DNA of 64,000 nt from positions 1,047,184 through 1,111,183 of the forward strand of contig RDEW01000006.1 in NCBI GenBank assembly GCA_011109175.1, in the 5' to 3' direction. The first letter of the stretch is position 1; each line of letters begins with the position of its first letter. Position numbers and translations under genes: made by a program. Positions 24,500-37,599 of this stretch are shown here, piece after piece. A model generated the notes under the pieces. It did not search any database and had not been told where the DNA came from. It worked only from the letters and a program-made list of their open reading frames with translations. The stretch is from Dicyema japonicum. Taxonomy: Eukaryota; Animalia; Dicyemida.

Positions 24500-27400
24500 T
24501 GCGGATTAGGAATTCAATAAGTCTTTAGCTTTTAACTTTAACTGACTTTTTTAACAAAGGAAAAGAAAGTATTAATTAGCTTCTCACCACAAGTCCTCTC
24601 CACTATGCTCTCAGACTCCTATTATGGTTTATTATATGCTGTATTAAATAATAGAAAGGCTCAAAATTGATCCTTGTGGGACTCCTCTCTAAAATAATAT
24701 CATATTTGAATAAAAACGTCCGCGTCTAACATAGGAGTTTCTTCCTTCTAGGTACACTATCACCCAATTCACTAGTTCCTTTGGGCTGACCGGTTATGGC
24801 TTTGTGGTTAACACTGTCGAATGCTTTTGATATGTCGAGACATATGACATTAAGGAGACATTTGGATTCTCTGCCTTTGCATAACTCGGAGTTGAGCTGA
24901 AATAAGCAATCACGCATGACCGTCCTGGACGAAAACCAATTTCATTTTTTCTGAAATAGTCTTCTTTTTCTAGCAGATTTGTATCCTCCAGAAGAAATTT
25001 TTTCATAATTTTTGAAATTGATCGAATCAGGCTTATCGGACAGTAGATAGCTGTATCCTTCTTTGGTCTTCCAGTCTTCGATACCATCCAATAGTCTTCT
25101 TCCATTACCAATTTTAATTCTTGCGTTGAAAATGTTTTGAGAATTTCGAATAAAATTTCTGGGCCTTTTTTGAACATCCTGACTTTGATGAAATCACTTC
25201 CCGGAGCTTTATTCTTGACAGCTCTTATTGCCATCTATAGCTCTTCTAGAGAGATCTCTATTAATGCTGTTTTCTCCGACAATGGTTCATAACTAGTATT
25301 CTCCGCAATGACATCATCGGCCATTTTATATACAACAAACTCTCTTAAATTTGCGCAATTCTCCAGATTTGCCATTTTTTAATCTAATTTTAGTAGAAAT
25401 TTGCCAATTCCCAAATTTGCCAGAATATTTTAAAGTTTAAAAAAATTATGAAAATAAAGCAATAAAACTTTATTCGAGTAGCATGCCTCGTTGTGATTCT
25501 AATGATCGATGTACAGGACTCACTATCTAACAAAAAGTGCAAATATTGCGTTATAAGGACGACAACTTATCATGCCAAACAATTGCCGATAATTTTTCCT
25601 TTTTGTTTAAAGTGAACATTTGCTGGAGGACAATTAACGCCATCTTAAAGTCGTGAGTCAATTTTGTAGGAATTCAAAACTAAAAATTCCTAACAAAAAC
25701 AGTCAAAAAGTTAGTTCCCGCAACTTGATGAAAAGCTTGTTGAGTGGATGGATTCGATTGAATCAAAAGGTATTTTTAATTTTTTTTATTTTTAAGGTGC
25801 ATTGTTGAACGATGCATTAATATCCAGTAAAGCAGAATTCTTCGCTCATCAACTTTCGACTAATTCAAAAAATCTTATGGATTTTTATCCAAATTTAAGA
25901 AAAGGCGTGGATTTGAGGAAATTAGACGGACTAATGTGCACTGACATTAGTGTCGATATTGAAGGGTTTCTCAAAGCACAAATATATCTTGAATGTTATG
26001 CACAAATATATATGGATATTATATTTTAAAGCCTTTATTGATTCGAAAATCAAAAATGCCAAGGTGTTTCAAAAAATATGATTATTAAAGCAAGTCCACT
26101 TTAATAGACACAAATTGGAGTGTGGATTATTGGAAAAAGAAAACGTGTCAGTTTATGAATCATATAAAAATTTGAACCTTAAAGACACTGTTCTATTTAT
26201 AAAAATTGCCTGGGAAGACGTATCCCCTAAAAATCAAAAATTTGTCTAAAAAATCGGGTACAAGCACACCTTTAGTAAATGTGAACATAAGAAATATCAT
26301 CTAATACGGATATTCACGATCCGATTGAAATCGAAGAATTTATGTAAATTATTCTGAAAAAATGCAATAGATGAAGAAGAAATGACATAATTATTTGATG
26401 ATAATGAGATACTCATCCATGAAGGAACTACTGAAGTGAAACCCCTTAACAAGAATGAAATAGCATCCAAGTTATGCGAAATTGAAAAGGATCTTCTCGA
26501 GAACGTTGAAAACGAATGGATGTCGTCCTTATTACATCTATTAAAGATTTAATGAAAATATTACAAATGAAAATTGAATTTTATTTCGATAAAATTTAAT
26601 ACGTTATTTTTTTAAATAAATTTTGTTTTCGTAATAAAATCAAATTTAGTTATTTTCATGGATAAGAAGTTTCCCAATAACTATTATAAAATTATTGATT
26701 AAATTCTGAAATTTTCCACTGCAACTAAAAATGGCAAATTTGGGAGAGTTTCTGTATCTTTAAGTTGTGTCTCAAAAACTAGAAGATTTCTTCTTCAGCA
26801 TAGTAGGAGCTATCCTGTTTCTTGAGCACAGTCTTGTTCGCGATTGACTCTGGGTTCTTCATTTTTCTGTATACTTCCAGAAAGAAATTTTGTGTTTGTT
26901 TAGCTATCGTAGTTGAGAGTTCCACTTATTCTCATTCCAATTTCTGATCCGTTCCCACAACTGCTTTTTTAGGTCGCCGATTTTGTGAGACAAGGCTAAG
27001 GGGTTTTGTGGATATACGCATCTCCTCAGTTTAGTCCTTAGATTATTTCTTTTCAACACAATCTTCTTGATGTGCCAGGGAATAGGGACAAATCATTTCT
27101 TGAGTATATTTTTCTGGCAAAATTTTCAAGATATAATATCAGATCCGTTATTCGTTTACTTGTTTTATCAATTTCAGACGAGTCTTGGGGTCAGTATGTC
27201 ATAACATTAACTCCTTTGCAATGAAGATCCTTTAGTTATGCAAGTTTAGATTCTTTGTACCATAACCGACAAAGACTCCATGTTCATTTATCATTCTCAC
27301 ATCCACGGTTATTAGCGGTGGAATGTGGTCACTGCCAATATACGAAAAAGTAATTGTACGTCTGCGTGTACTGAAATAGCATGGAAAGTCAAGAAGACAC

Positions 27401-27800
27401 CAAGCTTGTCACCTCCGTATGGAGAGAAATGATTATCCTCTTTCTATGTAAGGACTTTTACCCTTAGCCCTTCAGATAGCTTCTTCAGGAGCTTGCCACC
27501 CCTGTTACCCTGCTTACAACCAAAGGAAGTGCTCTTATTATCTGCCTTCTCAGCAGTCGCTAGGGAAGCATCTCGTGATGCCTCCTCAGGATTGATTGGA
27601 CATTCACGAGCATGATTCTTATGTTTCGGATCACAGGTCTTGAGGAGCACACTCTTCATTCAAGCGATTATTCACATACGTTAGTTCTCTCGATTTTCTT
27701 TCAGAGACCCCCGGAATAGGTTCCCAGCAGGACCTTTCTAGCTTCTCTTCCAAATATTCATTATCCACATTTGGCTTTTTGTTGTGTTGGATTCACAATA
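24500..27800 (-). mobile_element. APE-RT LINE remnant, clade unresolved, split by a pogo insertion
   Basis: APE NRGGKLL..GSDHIP, then KNKAPGSDFI, PISLI, GFRPGRSC, LDISKAFDSVNH and GVPQGSILS. Confidence 0.8.
25333..26754 (+). mobile_element. pogo/Tigger-like DNA transposon, defective
   Basis: Imperfect TIRs (CAACAAACTCTCTTAAATTTGCG versus reverse complement CAGAAACTCTCCCAAATTTGCC) flanked by TA. Subterminal AAATTTGCC repeats. Protein pieces LLNDALISSKAEFFAHQL and LKDTVLFIKIAWEDVSP. Confidence 0.8.
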
Positions 27801-28524
27801 TCAGTTTAGAGGTCGATTTCTGATTATTGTCCTGCTTGTTCTCATTTGACTTCGTATCTAGGTAACGTGGTGAAGGAGGATCTAGGTAACGTCGTCAATA
27901 CCCGACAGTTACTGTGTGTTAATACAATCCGTTTATCTTCCAAAGGTATGTCGATCCTATTCTGGTAGTTGATTTGAGTATATCTTTACCAGTCAACAGT
28001 TCCATAGACAAATCCTTATTGCTCTCAATACTACTCTTCCTTAAAATGTCTCCAGAGGCGGCCTTTTTGATTTTAGTAATCCTCTTTGCAGGAGCTTTTT
28101 AACAACAGGCATAACCACACCACTTTTTGATTAACTTCGGTATTCAAGGAATTTGTCAAGGAAATGAATGGACACCATATGACGTGTGCATAAGAAATGT
28201 ATGGATCAGTGTATTGGGTGTAGATAGTTTCAGAAATAGGGTTATTTCCGATCTTCCATTTCAACACGTTACTCTTCTTTTCACATTTTGTCACCACATT
28301 TTACATGGGGCGAGAATGACATGTGGATGTCGAAAATCACCCCCATGTTAGACGAGAAAAGTCAAACAGAATTGTTTTTTCCTGTAAAAAAATTATTTAA
28401 CTAATTTTGTAAATATTAATTAAAACATAAATTTTATTAATAATGAAATAATAAAGTTAAATTTATTTGTTCCGCGTGTTTCTACGTGATTAGGGTTCAA
28501 CTAGTCATAACTTGATAGAAAATA

Positions 28525-28898
28525 ATGGGTGATGCTCAAAAAGGAAAAAGTATTTTCATGAAATCGTGTTCTCAGTGTCACACAGTTCATACTTCAGGCA
28601 AGCACAAGACAGGACCTAATCTAAATGGTCTATTTGGGAAGACAACAGGCTCAGCCCCCAACTACAACTATACTGGGGCCAATAAATCTAAAGGTGCTAA
28701 GTAATATTATTGGGAGGTATTATTTGGGGAGAGGACACTTTGGATATATATCTGACAAATCCCAAAAGCTATATTCCAGGGACGAAGATGGTCTTTGCTG
28801 GTCTGAAAAAGAAGAACGACCGTGACGATGTGATCGCGTTCCTCAAAGTGGCCACAGACCCCTCTAATGATGTTTCTGCTGAGAAGATGTTCAAGTGA
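28525..28898 (+). CDS. CYCS: Cytochrome c (2 exons; intron 28694-28716)
   Basis: [42 protein letters not shown]. The 23-nt intron splits the Gly codon of KGII. Confidence 0.95.
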
Positions 28899-30349
28899 GT
28901 CGACCTAATTTTACTAACACACTTATGACGTCAATATATTAATAATTTGCGTATTTTATTCATTGATCAAAAGTTTATTTTTTACCTTGTAAAATTACAA
29001 AATGATAATATTTTCCTGACCACAATAGTTTAATTACTACTTTAACCAATTGATTTTATGACCGTATATTCGTATCAACTACTGATGGGTGGGATTATTC
29101 CATAGCCACTACTAAACAACCCATATGTTCGTTCCTCAATAAGGAGAGGGATTATGGACACTAACCATGCGATAGTTGCTCAAGGGAGTGAGGTTGGGTC
29201 TTTTAGTTAAGTTGTATGCGGGTGACCGATTTGAAAACTATAACAGTAATCATTTGCGAACATCCTCTCAGTCGACCTTTAGTTATCTTTGATTATTAGT
29301 TGAGGAATCATCTCCTTCACTTAGTTTGACTACATTAACATAGAATCTCCACTGATCTCTTGTAAATGGGGTTGCACCTTAAAGCATTTTTCTATAAATT
29401 ATTTTAAATCATCATATAAATATTTTAACATCTTTATATTAATGCAATAATGAGTAAATTGTTTTATTACAACAATCTGTGTATGTTCTGGTATGATCTG
29501 ATCTTTATTTTTAATACATCTTCTTTAAAGACGACATACATTCAAAGTACAAGTGATTTTTTCTACCGCTAAATCAACCAACTAGATACTTCGCTACTAG
29601 TAAAAATCCTCCAGTTCCTTTATGCCCGACCTACCAGGGCCGTATTTTATCTATTCCTACAATTCCCCACATTAAAAAATATATTGAACTCTTTCCCAAT
29701 TTTATTTAATGTTTCCTTTGGTTACTTTATCAATAAATAAATAATACTTTATCAAACATTTTTTCAAAAAACGGGATAAAATTGCGATACTACAAAGGTG
29801 ACGGTTTTTTACACTTAAATTTTTGTGAGTATTTTAAGCCAAAAACAATCATTTATTCAATTAAGCCTACATAGTTGGTGTAGTGTTGGCTCTCATGATA
29901 GAAATCAACTGGATAAGCAATTAGTTTCAAGAGTGTGCCCATACGTCACAGCTTCTTGAGGAATAAATAATTTCTCGTTTATTCTTCCAGTTCTCATCAG
30001 TCCGAAACGTGAACCAGCGCAAAAGCCCCTCGTCTTCTTAGCCTTTCCCTCGACGTATAGTGTGTTTACTTAAATCCCAACGGTGTTTTAGTCCTGTAAT
30101 TTTAACCCACCTAACTCTTTCTAATTATTTTGTAAAGTTTAGTTTATGACAAAAGACAGGCAAGCAATTAGGGAAAAATCACTACTAATTAAATGTCAGA
30201 GATCACAAGATCTAAAATAATTTAGAATATAACCATGATTATTATTATTTTTGTTTTTATTTGTTTTTCGATATTTAATGAACAGAAAACATATTAAACA
30301 GATGATAAATACCATAACAAGGCAAGTTATGTAAGCTGTTGACTTTTTA

Positions 30350-31711
30350 TCCATTGTGGTTTGTTCGTAAACTATTAATTAACCCCAACGTGCACCAACC
30401 AATAATGTCAACCAATATTTTTGCCGGTAAGGAATATCCAACCTCATTTACTGCCCAAATTGTAATGTTATACAGCCCTGAACTGCTTACTTCATTATAA
30501 ACATCAATCTTGTTAACACTTGGGCCAATTGTATTGTTGAATGATATTCCATTGAATTTTATCTGCATGATATATCGAATAATATGAGGATCAGTAGTCG
30601 ACGGGAGTAACCATGATATCTCCGTTCTGTGTAAAGTGAGGTTCAGTCGCTTAGGAACATCTAAATAGTCTCATCCCCAAAACACCTAGTGAAGTAAAAT
30701 AAGCGTCTTTCATATCTGCGATTCCTTCACAACTGACCACACAACTGTAATTATAGTGAATATTCGGTTTAACTTGTTTCAAACGAATAACAGACTCTGT
30801 GACGTTATAAAGTTCTAAATTATAATTCGTAATTGTTTGATTCTAGTAATTATGACAATATACTGGTATTTCATTGGTCTTTGAGTTTATTATTTGCATT
30901 GTAAAGTTCAAATTAGATTTGACTCTGCACGTGATATTCTGATCACTCCCGACTTTTAATGGATGGGAGTAAAAGTCAATAACTGGATTAACTGGACTTA
31001 TTTTTTTAATGTACGGATTATGGTTAATTTCATATTTTTTGAGCCCACCTCCTTGTTATCCATCAGCGAGATTATAGTGTATACTCCTCCGTCTTCCAGT
31101 GTTGAATTTGGAATGACAAGTCCAGACGGTTTAATTCGAATTCTATCATTTTCTAGAATTAGGTTACTCAGGACCTTCCACTTTTTTGCCATCCTTGAAC
31201 CAGAGAGTTACGAGTTTTACTTTCTCAGAAATGGGTCGACAATTGAGAAAGGCATCCTTACTAATCTTTACTTGTACTGAATGACAGGGCTCAAACCCGA
31301 TTAACGAGTCTAATTGTAAATTCTACAAGTACTGGGTGTTTTGAGAGAATACACTTCATATTCGTGACTGTTTTCTGATTGGCAGGTATACTCTCCTACA
31401 GTAAATTCATTTACTTCAATTTTCAGAATAACAACCACCGGGGAAATGTTTTTCAGTTTATAATACTCACTAAATTGATTATAATGTTTATCACTTTGAA
31501 ACTATCTCAGAATTATTCCTTAGCCATATAATTCTCCCATCGAGTGACTCCCCCGTGCATAATACCTCCACTTGAGTAAACGATGTTACGTGTGACTTTG
31601 GGAAGATTGTAATTTGTCCAGTCAAGCTGTCTAAATAATAAGTACTCTTTCAAAATAATATTAAAATATGGTATTAATAAAACAGATTAAAGAAAAAACG
31701 AAGAAATGCAT
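30350..31711 (-). CDS. Ig-superfamily/FN3 cell-surface protein; 3' end uncertain, may extend to about 29200
   Basis: Hydrophobic N-terminus. Ig motifs VLCTG..IIWLRN..GEYTCQ and NCRP..WFKDG..DGGVYT. FN3 motifs EISW..RYIMQ..YNITIWAVNEVGYS. Confidence 0.65.
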
Positions 31712-32599
31712 TGACAGTTAGCGGCACGACGGATTATAAACTAAATTTTACGTACAAACGCGAGTTTGTGACTATTTTGTTACTACGGCTTTAAACTCAA
31801 AATAGTCAAGGTATTTTTACACCAAATAAGAATAGGAAATATCCTTACGAATATCGGAATGAGAACATATATTTACCTTAGTCCCTTCAAGTGAAACTGA
31901 CGGAAAGGTAGCTACTGAAGCGAACATTCTAAGAGATCAGTCAGACGTGTGATGGACCGGGAAATTAAGCCTTGTGGCTGTTTGTATATTATTTGCTTAT
32001 TAACTTATAAATTTTCAAGTCGATGATAAATTTACAGAGGAACTATTATTAAAATAAAAATAATTTTGAGTTATTGAGGGAATTAACAAAAATCAATATT
32101 TTTCAAATAGTCATCGGAACATCACACCACTCCAAGAGTTTGAGTGTAATTGTTCTGTTAACCAAGGGGTTGAACTGGCTATGTAATTATGGTTCACATT
32201 GGAATAGCTATGAACACGATGTTTTTATATTGTCAAAGTGTATCAACCTCTGGTCTCCTTCTTAATGGACTTGGTAGACATCTGAAACTTGAGATTTTGA
32301 AATACGAAAGCATTGGATGACTGGTTTCGAATCCTCTCTTGTCAAGTTGGAAATTTGCCTTGAGTATGAACAAGAGAATTATTAGTAATATTCTTCTGAT
32401 GTTGAAATAAAACCCAATTTTTTGTAAACCACAAACGGATAATCTTGCTTAATTGAAAGCTTTGATGTGATAAAAGGTGATAAGTTAATTACATCACAAA
32501 AACACACAGTCTTATAGGAAAGATTGACTTAATTTCCAAAATATTTGTCTTTGATTATTATTCTTTTCCCTCCAAATGAAAATCTAAGCAACACCATCT

Positions 32600-33340
32600 G
32601 TATACATTTATTTAAGAAAGAAAATAGAGTAACGGTTATATAGAAGCTGCCCTGACTCGTGGCTATTCCCTATCAGGATAGCGAGCGAGATTCGCTCGAA
32701 TAACCAGCAGCGCTCACGAGGGTCTCCTTTTCGTGTAGCGATCTGATTCCCTAGACGACTCAAGAATTCCAGCGTCGCAGGCGCAAGGGAACCAGACGTC
32801 TCAACGGCGAGTGGAACAAACAAAAAATCCTTGGACAGGAGGCGTACTTTTCCCGTTTCATTTTCTCGGCCTTCTCAGCGGCAGAACAGATCCAGAGGCA
32901 CTCTGGAGTAGGTTGCAAGAGGCAAATGTGTCGGTGCAGGTAACGTCCCAGACAAGAGGTTTCCCGGCTTCAAAAAGGAAGATTGTCATTCCATCTGGTC
33001 GTTTCCTGTTTCGCCTGAAAAGGCCGACAGGTTCGAGCATGGAGGGGTGTCCGGCGGCGTCCAAAACTCGCCTAACGACTTCGTTCAAGGTTATGTGTCT
33101 GGGAAATCTGCCTGCACTCTTCCTGCAGGAGAGAGGGTGTAGGCCAAAACAGTCGATCTTGTCTCCGCATCGGCACGGATGTGGAACACAGACTTTTAAT
33201 CCCAGTCGCAGTGAGATCCCCACCTGAACCTGTTTTACTAGATAAAGACGATGAAAGAGGTCAATTGATTTTCTCTTTGATAGTCTTTTAACCAAGAGAC
33301 AGCTGATATTGCCAAAACTGATTCATTCTAAGGTTCGGGA
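32600..33340 (-). mobile_element. CRE-like retrotransposon 3' part (RLE)
   Basis: CRCG..HPLSCRKSAGRFPRH..RPDGMTIFLFEAGKPLVWDVTCTDT..FVPLAVETSG..ERISLAIL.GN. Confidence 0.88.
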
Positions 33341-35989
33341 AAGTCTCTGAGTTGTACTGAGTTCGAATTTAGTTGACGACTAATTAATGGATGATTAAGG
33401 TTTCTATCATCAAATGCACTATAAGTGATCAAACCTATTTAAGAACAAATTGATTTTTTTCATGACATGGAAAATAAATCTCATCCCCAGCATTTCACAT
33501 TGTAGGAGATAATAGTATCTTACATTCTCTCCCCAGTACGTTCCGTTTTAGACTCGAGAGAGGATCACCGCGCCAAACTGAGGAATTGGTGTCAAGATCA
33601 CTTAGTTCTGGTTTTTAATATTCCATTATGGGCTGCAGGGGTTTAACAGCAATAGGAGTCATCTTCATGATCGCAAAGACAATGTTCTGAAAGAGCCTTC
33701 GTGGCATTTTAGACTCTCCTTTCCATACTTTAGCAAGTCACACTATCATCCAAATAAACTTTGATGTGTTGGACCGACTATTCCAGACGTCACAACGGAC
33801 ATCGACTAGATGGTCAATAGAGTCCCAATTCTACGATATTTCCTCCTTTTGAAATCTTCAGCAGTATTCGTTGTGGAACCATCGAACAACGAGGTAAATA
33901 GCGTGAGATTTCTTGGCATCTCTAGAGTCTTCTCATTCTACTAGACAAAAGGCGTTAACAATTTCAGCAAAATTGATGTTGTTTCCAATGAATATTTTCA
34001 GAATAGAATGATTGTTGACTTTTCACAAGACATGTACAAATCTGGAGTTTAAGGTCTGTGAGGCCTCTTAACCTCTTTGGATTCTGTAGGTGGTAAATGC
34101 AAATTTTATCAGGGCCTCTTGCTGATGACTTTTTTAGAATTTTTAATCAGATCACACTTCCATTATAGATCAAGCTTTTTCTCGTTGGCCTCTATTGCTC
34201 TTCCCACGGAATAAAGTGTGTCTACCGTGCTCCCTACAATGTTGGATGGGCAAAGGGGTCGATGAACGTGGCATCCCATACCAATGTTTCCGAATAATAA
34301 TCGATTATGTGTTTATATATATAATCTTCACATGACTTATTTCCCAACAAGTTTGTTACAGAGATGTGTCACAGAGGTGTTGCTTCTTTTCATAGTCCGT
34401 CTTTCTTTTATCAGGGCTAATCTCACGATGGGAAACAGCTTACATAAGAGTTTACTGAAATCTTTAAGCTGAGCGTCAGAAGAGTTTGTGCCGTTAGAAT
34501 ACTCAGGACTTTAGGTATATGGTTGGGGATTCTCACTTTCGTTCAAATGATGATAGAGCTGGGAAAGTATTCCCCGTGGACTATCACTGGACACTGGAGA
34601 AGAAGGCGGTTTTGGAACGGGTCGAATAATACAAAAGAATATCCAAGACTTCAGAATTTCCACAATTTTCTTACAATTTCACACTGCCAATGTGGATAAA
34701 ACAGGATCATTGGAGTATTTATTCTTTTGTACAAAAGAACACAATGGTGGTATTACAGATAAATCATGAGATTTCCTGATTATTTTTTTAAAGATTTGGT
34801 TAGACCAAAAAAGATACTGAGTTATTCCTTGGCCTAGTGAGGGTTTTAAAAGAACAAGACAGCCAGCTGTTAAATCTGAAGTAAATAGGATTGCCCAGGT
34901 TAATGCCAGCTATCTTAGAAAGCGCTCTGTGGAGTTGGTATCTCTCACCTACCAGCACAATGCATATTTTAATAATAAATATTATTTTATTTAACCAACA
35001 AGAAAATACAATGGCTGCACTTTTCTCCAGAATTGTTGAAGACTGGCCTTGTATAAGACACAGCAATTCTTCAGATCTTGGATAATTGTTTCCGTGTGAT
35101 CATTGAGAGGAAGATGATTCGACAACGTCGACGTCGATATTGTCCAAACACTCGAAAAAAACCATGTAATTGTTTCCTCCGTTTCTCCTGGAGCTCTTTT
35201 AATAAGGTTATTTTTTATCGTCGATTCTACGATTTGGTCATATTTATTATTTTATATTTAATGACTTGCAGAATCTCTGGTTCTCTCAACCCTAAGATCA
35301 CTGGATTTAAACAGATTGTCCCAGTTGACTAAGTGATCTTAGACCGACAAAAAGGAAGAAGAAACTGACAGACTTTTTTTGTATGCTCTTTTCGGCCACG
35401 AACTTTTTGGAATACAACTCGAGCATAAAAACTTAGAATTCCTCTCACATTTGATAATCACTTTTTCGATGAACATGTCAAAAATAAATTCCTAAATTTT
35501 CTTTTGTTTTCTAAAAGGGATTTTGGTATTATCTACTTTTAGCGAAAACTTCATTCTGTTAGTTTATTGTAACATTGTGACTAACTTCTCATTGCTAGCA
35601 GTTGACTTATGAACTACGTTACGACGGTATAAGTGTTGACTTGATGCGGCAACCTGAATGTCTTGATAAAGTGAGGCCAAAACAATTTTATCTCAATAAG
35701 TTATCTGTATGTCGTTTTCTGAGATAGAAAAATTGGCTGTGAATAGGCTGACCAGTGAAAAGGATAATATCTGAAGGCCCACATTTGGAAAAAATCGTGA
35801 TGAGAATTTCCAAAACTAACACATCTTCTCAGATCACTAAGAAAATTAGCAAGATAGAGTTTATGATTTCCGTGAATTTCCGGTTGGTGTATTTTCCAAA
35901 TTAAGTTTTTCTTAGGAACGGAGTCAACGCTCAATGGATATCCATATGTCTGTTGTATTTGAGAATTCAGTGCAGTAACCACTATGCCA

Positions 35990-36720
35990 CCCGGCTATCA
36001 ACTCATGTAAATGGAAAAATATATCCTTCATCTTTTAATTGGGTAATACGAAATCGTGTAACTGGTATAAAAAACGAGTTCGTTCTTTTGAGGAATGTTA
36101 TGTATTTGGCGCAGTAAACTATTGTTTTATGTATTTAGGTGGCCACACTCGAGTCGCATTTTGCAATAAAACACAACAAACTTATATCTATGAGCGTACT
36201 AAACATTAGTGATTATGTAAATTATCTTAGATCCCTCTCAAAAGTTTTGATTATGTACAAAAAATGGAGGAATCAATTCTGAAAAACCATATTCATATAC
36301 AGCAAAGTAGTCTTTTTTACAAATAATCTTAAAGGGTGCTAAATGCAAATATGTTGGTCAACCAGATATTAAATTTAACTTGACAAGTTATAAATTACTC
36401 AAAAGAGGTGATGAAAAAATGCTTTTGTATGTTTTCATAAAAATTGGCCCTGTTAGTGTTATAATAGATCATTTTGACATTACCTATCATAATTATAATA
36501 AAGGTATTGTAAATAAAACGTTTTAAAAATATATCATCTCAAATATTATTTCAATTTGTGGATAAGCCCTCTAGTTTCTGTGTCGGTTATGGAATTTATA
36601 AAGGAAAAGTATTGGCCATAAAAAATGTATATGGCCAAAACTGGGTATAAACGGATACATGAAATTGGCACGTGAGATGAATAACCGTGGATTTCCTCTC
36701 TATGGCATTTATCCTATAAT
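35990..36720 (+). pseudogene. Cathepsin L-like pseudogene, copy 2
   Basis: DNA closely matches 17655-18125. Intact 25-nt intron, then VATLESHFAIKHNKLISMS. C-terminal segment with GYG, KNV and NNRG-like motifs. Frameshifted. Confidence 0.75.
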
Positions 36721-37139
36721 GGAATAACTTGATTGTTTAATTAAATAATATTTGTTTTTATGGTTAATACATTATTGGGTTCTTTTCGTCTTCGAATCGT
36801 AGTGCATATTTTTTAAATTTTTTAACAACATTTTTATTAAAGACCAGACTTTCTAAAGTGTGCAATTCGTATGACTTTCGACTTTTCCATGGAGAGACTT
36901 AAGACACGGGATTTACAACACCAGAAAATTTTGGGAAATAGGCCTGATTTTCCTAGTTCGAATCTCGCTACTGTCCTTCCGACTGAAGGTTTTACGTATC
37001 TACGACTCTTCTGGGAACGAAAAGTGACGCAATCAATCCAGTTCTGATACCTCATTGCAGAACTGGATTGTTTATAAAGACTCAACGTGACCAAAAATAT
37101 TAAGAACCTACTGTTGACTTGGCCTTTGATTGATTGCAT

Positions 37140-37590
37140 AACTGTTCTTTTCCAATGAATAGTATATCCTGACTAAGTACTGAAAATTTGTATAATTACG
37201 TACAAAAATGGTGGAATTAATTCTGAAAAACAATATCCATATAAAGCAAAAGCAATTTTTCTAAAAATAATTTTATCGGAGGGTAAATTCAAATATGCAG
37301 GAAAAAATCCTTATGCATGTTCTTATAAAATTTGACCTTTCAAAATTGTTATGGAGGTAAATTTAAGTGAAACTTTTAGGAATATATCATGTCAAAAATT
37401 GTTTAGATTTTAAATATAACCATCAAGTTTCTGTTGTCAGTTATCGAATTTCTAAAAGAGACAAGTATTGGCTAATAAAAAATGTATGGGGCAACTTATG
37501 GGGATATTTGGATACATTAAAATGTCACGGGAGATGAATAACTGTGGATTTCCTTTGGATCCCATTTATCCTATAATTGACTGGTTTTAT
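37140..37590 (+). pseudogene. Cathepsin L-like pseudogene, copy 3 (3' half)
   Basis: KNGGINSEKQYPYKAK..KYWLIKNVWG..GYIKMSREMNNCGFPLDPIYPII. Confidence 0.75.
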
Positions 37591-37599
37591 GGTGGTTTA

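Noticed and set aside
27444-27659. CDPKHKNHARECP as an ORF1 zinc knuckle
   Set aside because: It lies between APE motifs (VLL.ET-like and NRGGKLL), so it is better explained as frameshifted endonuclease.
33350-35990. ORF fragments suggesting RT or transposase (e.g. VYLDD near 33745)
   Set aside because: The motifs are isolated and inconsistent, so the region is left unassigned.
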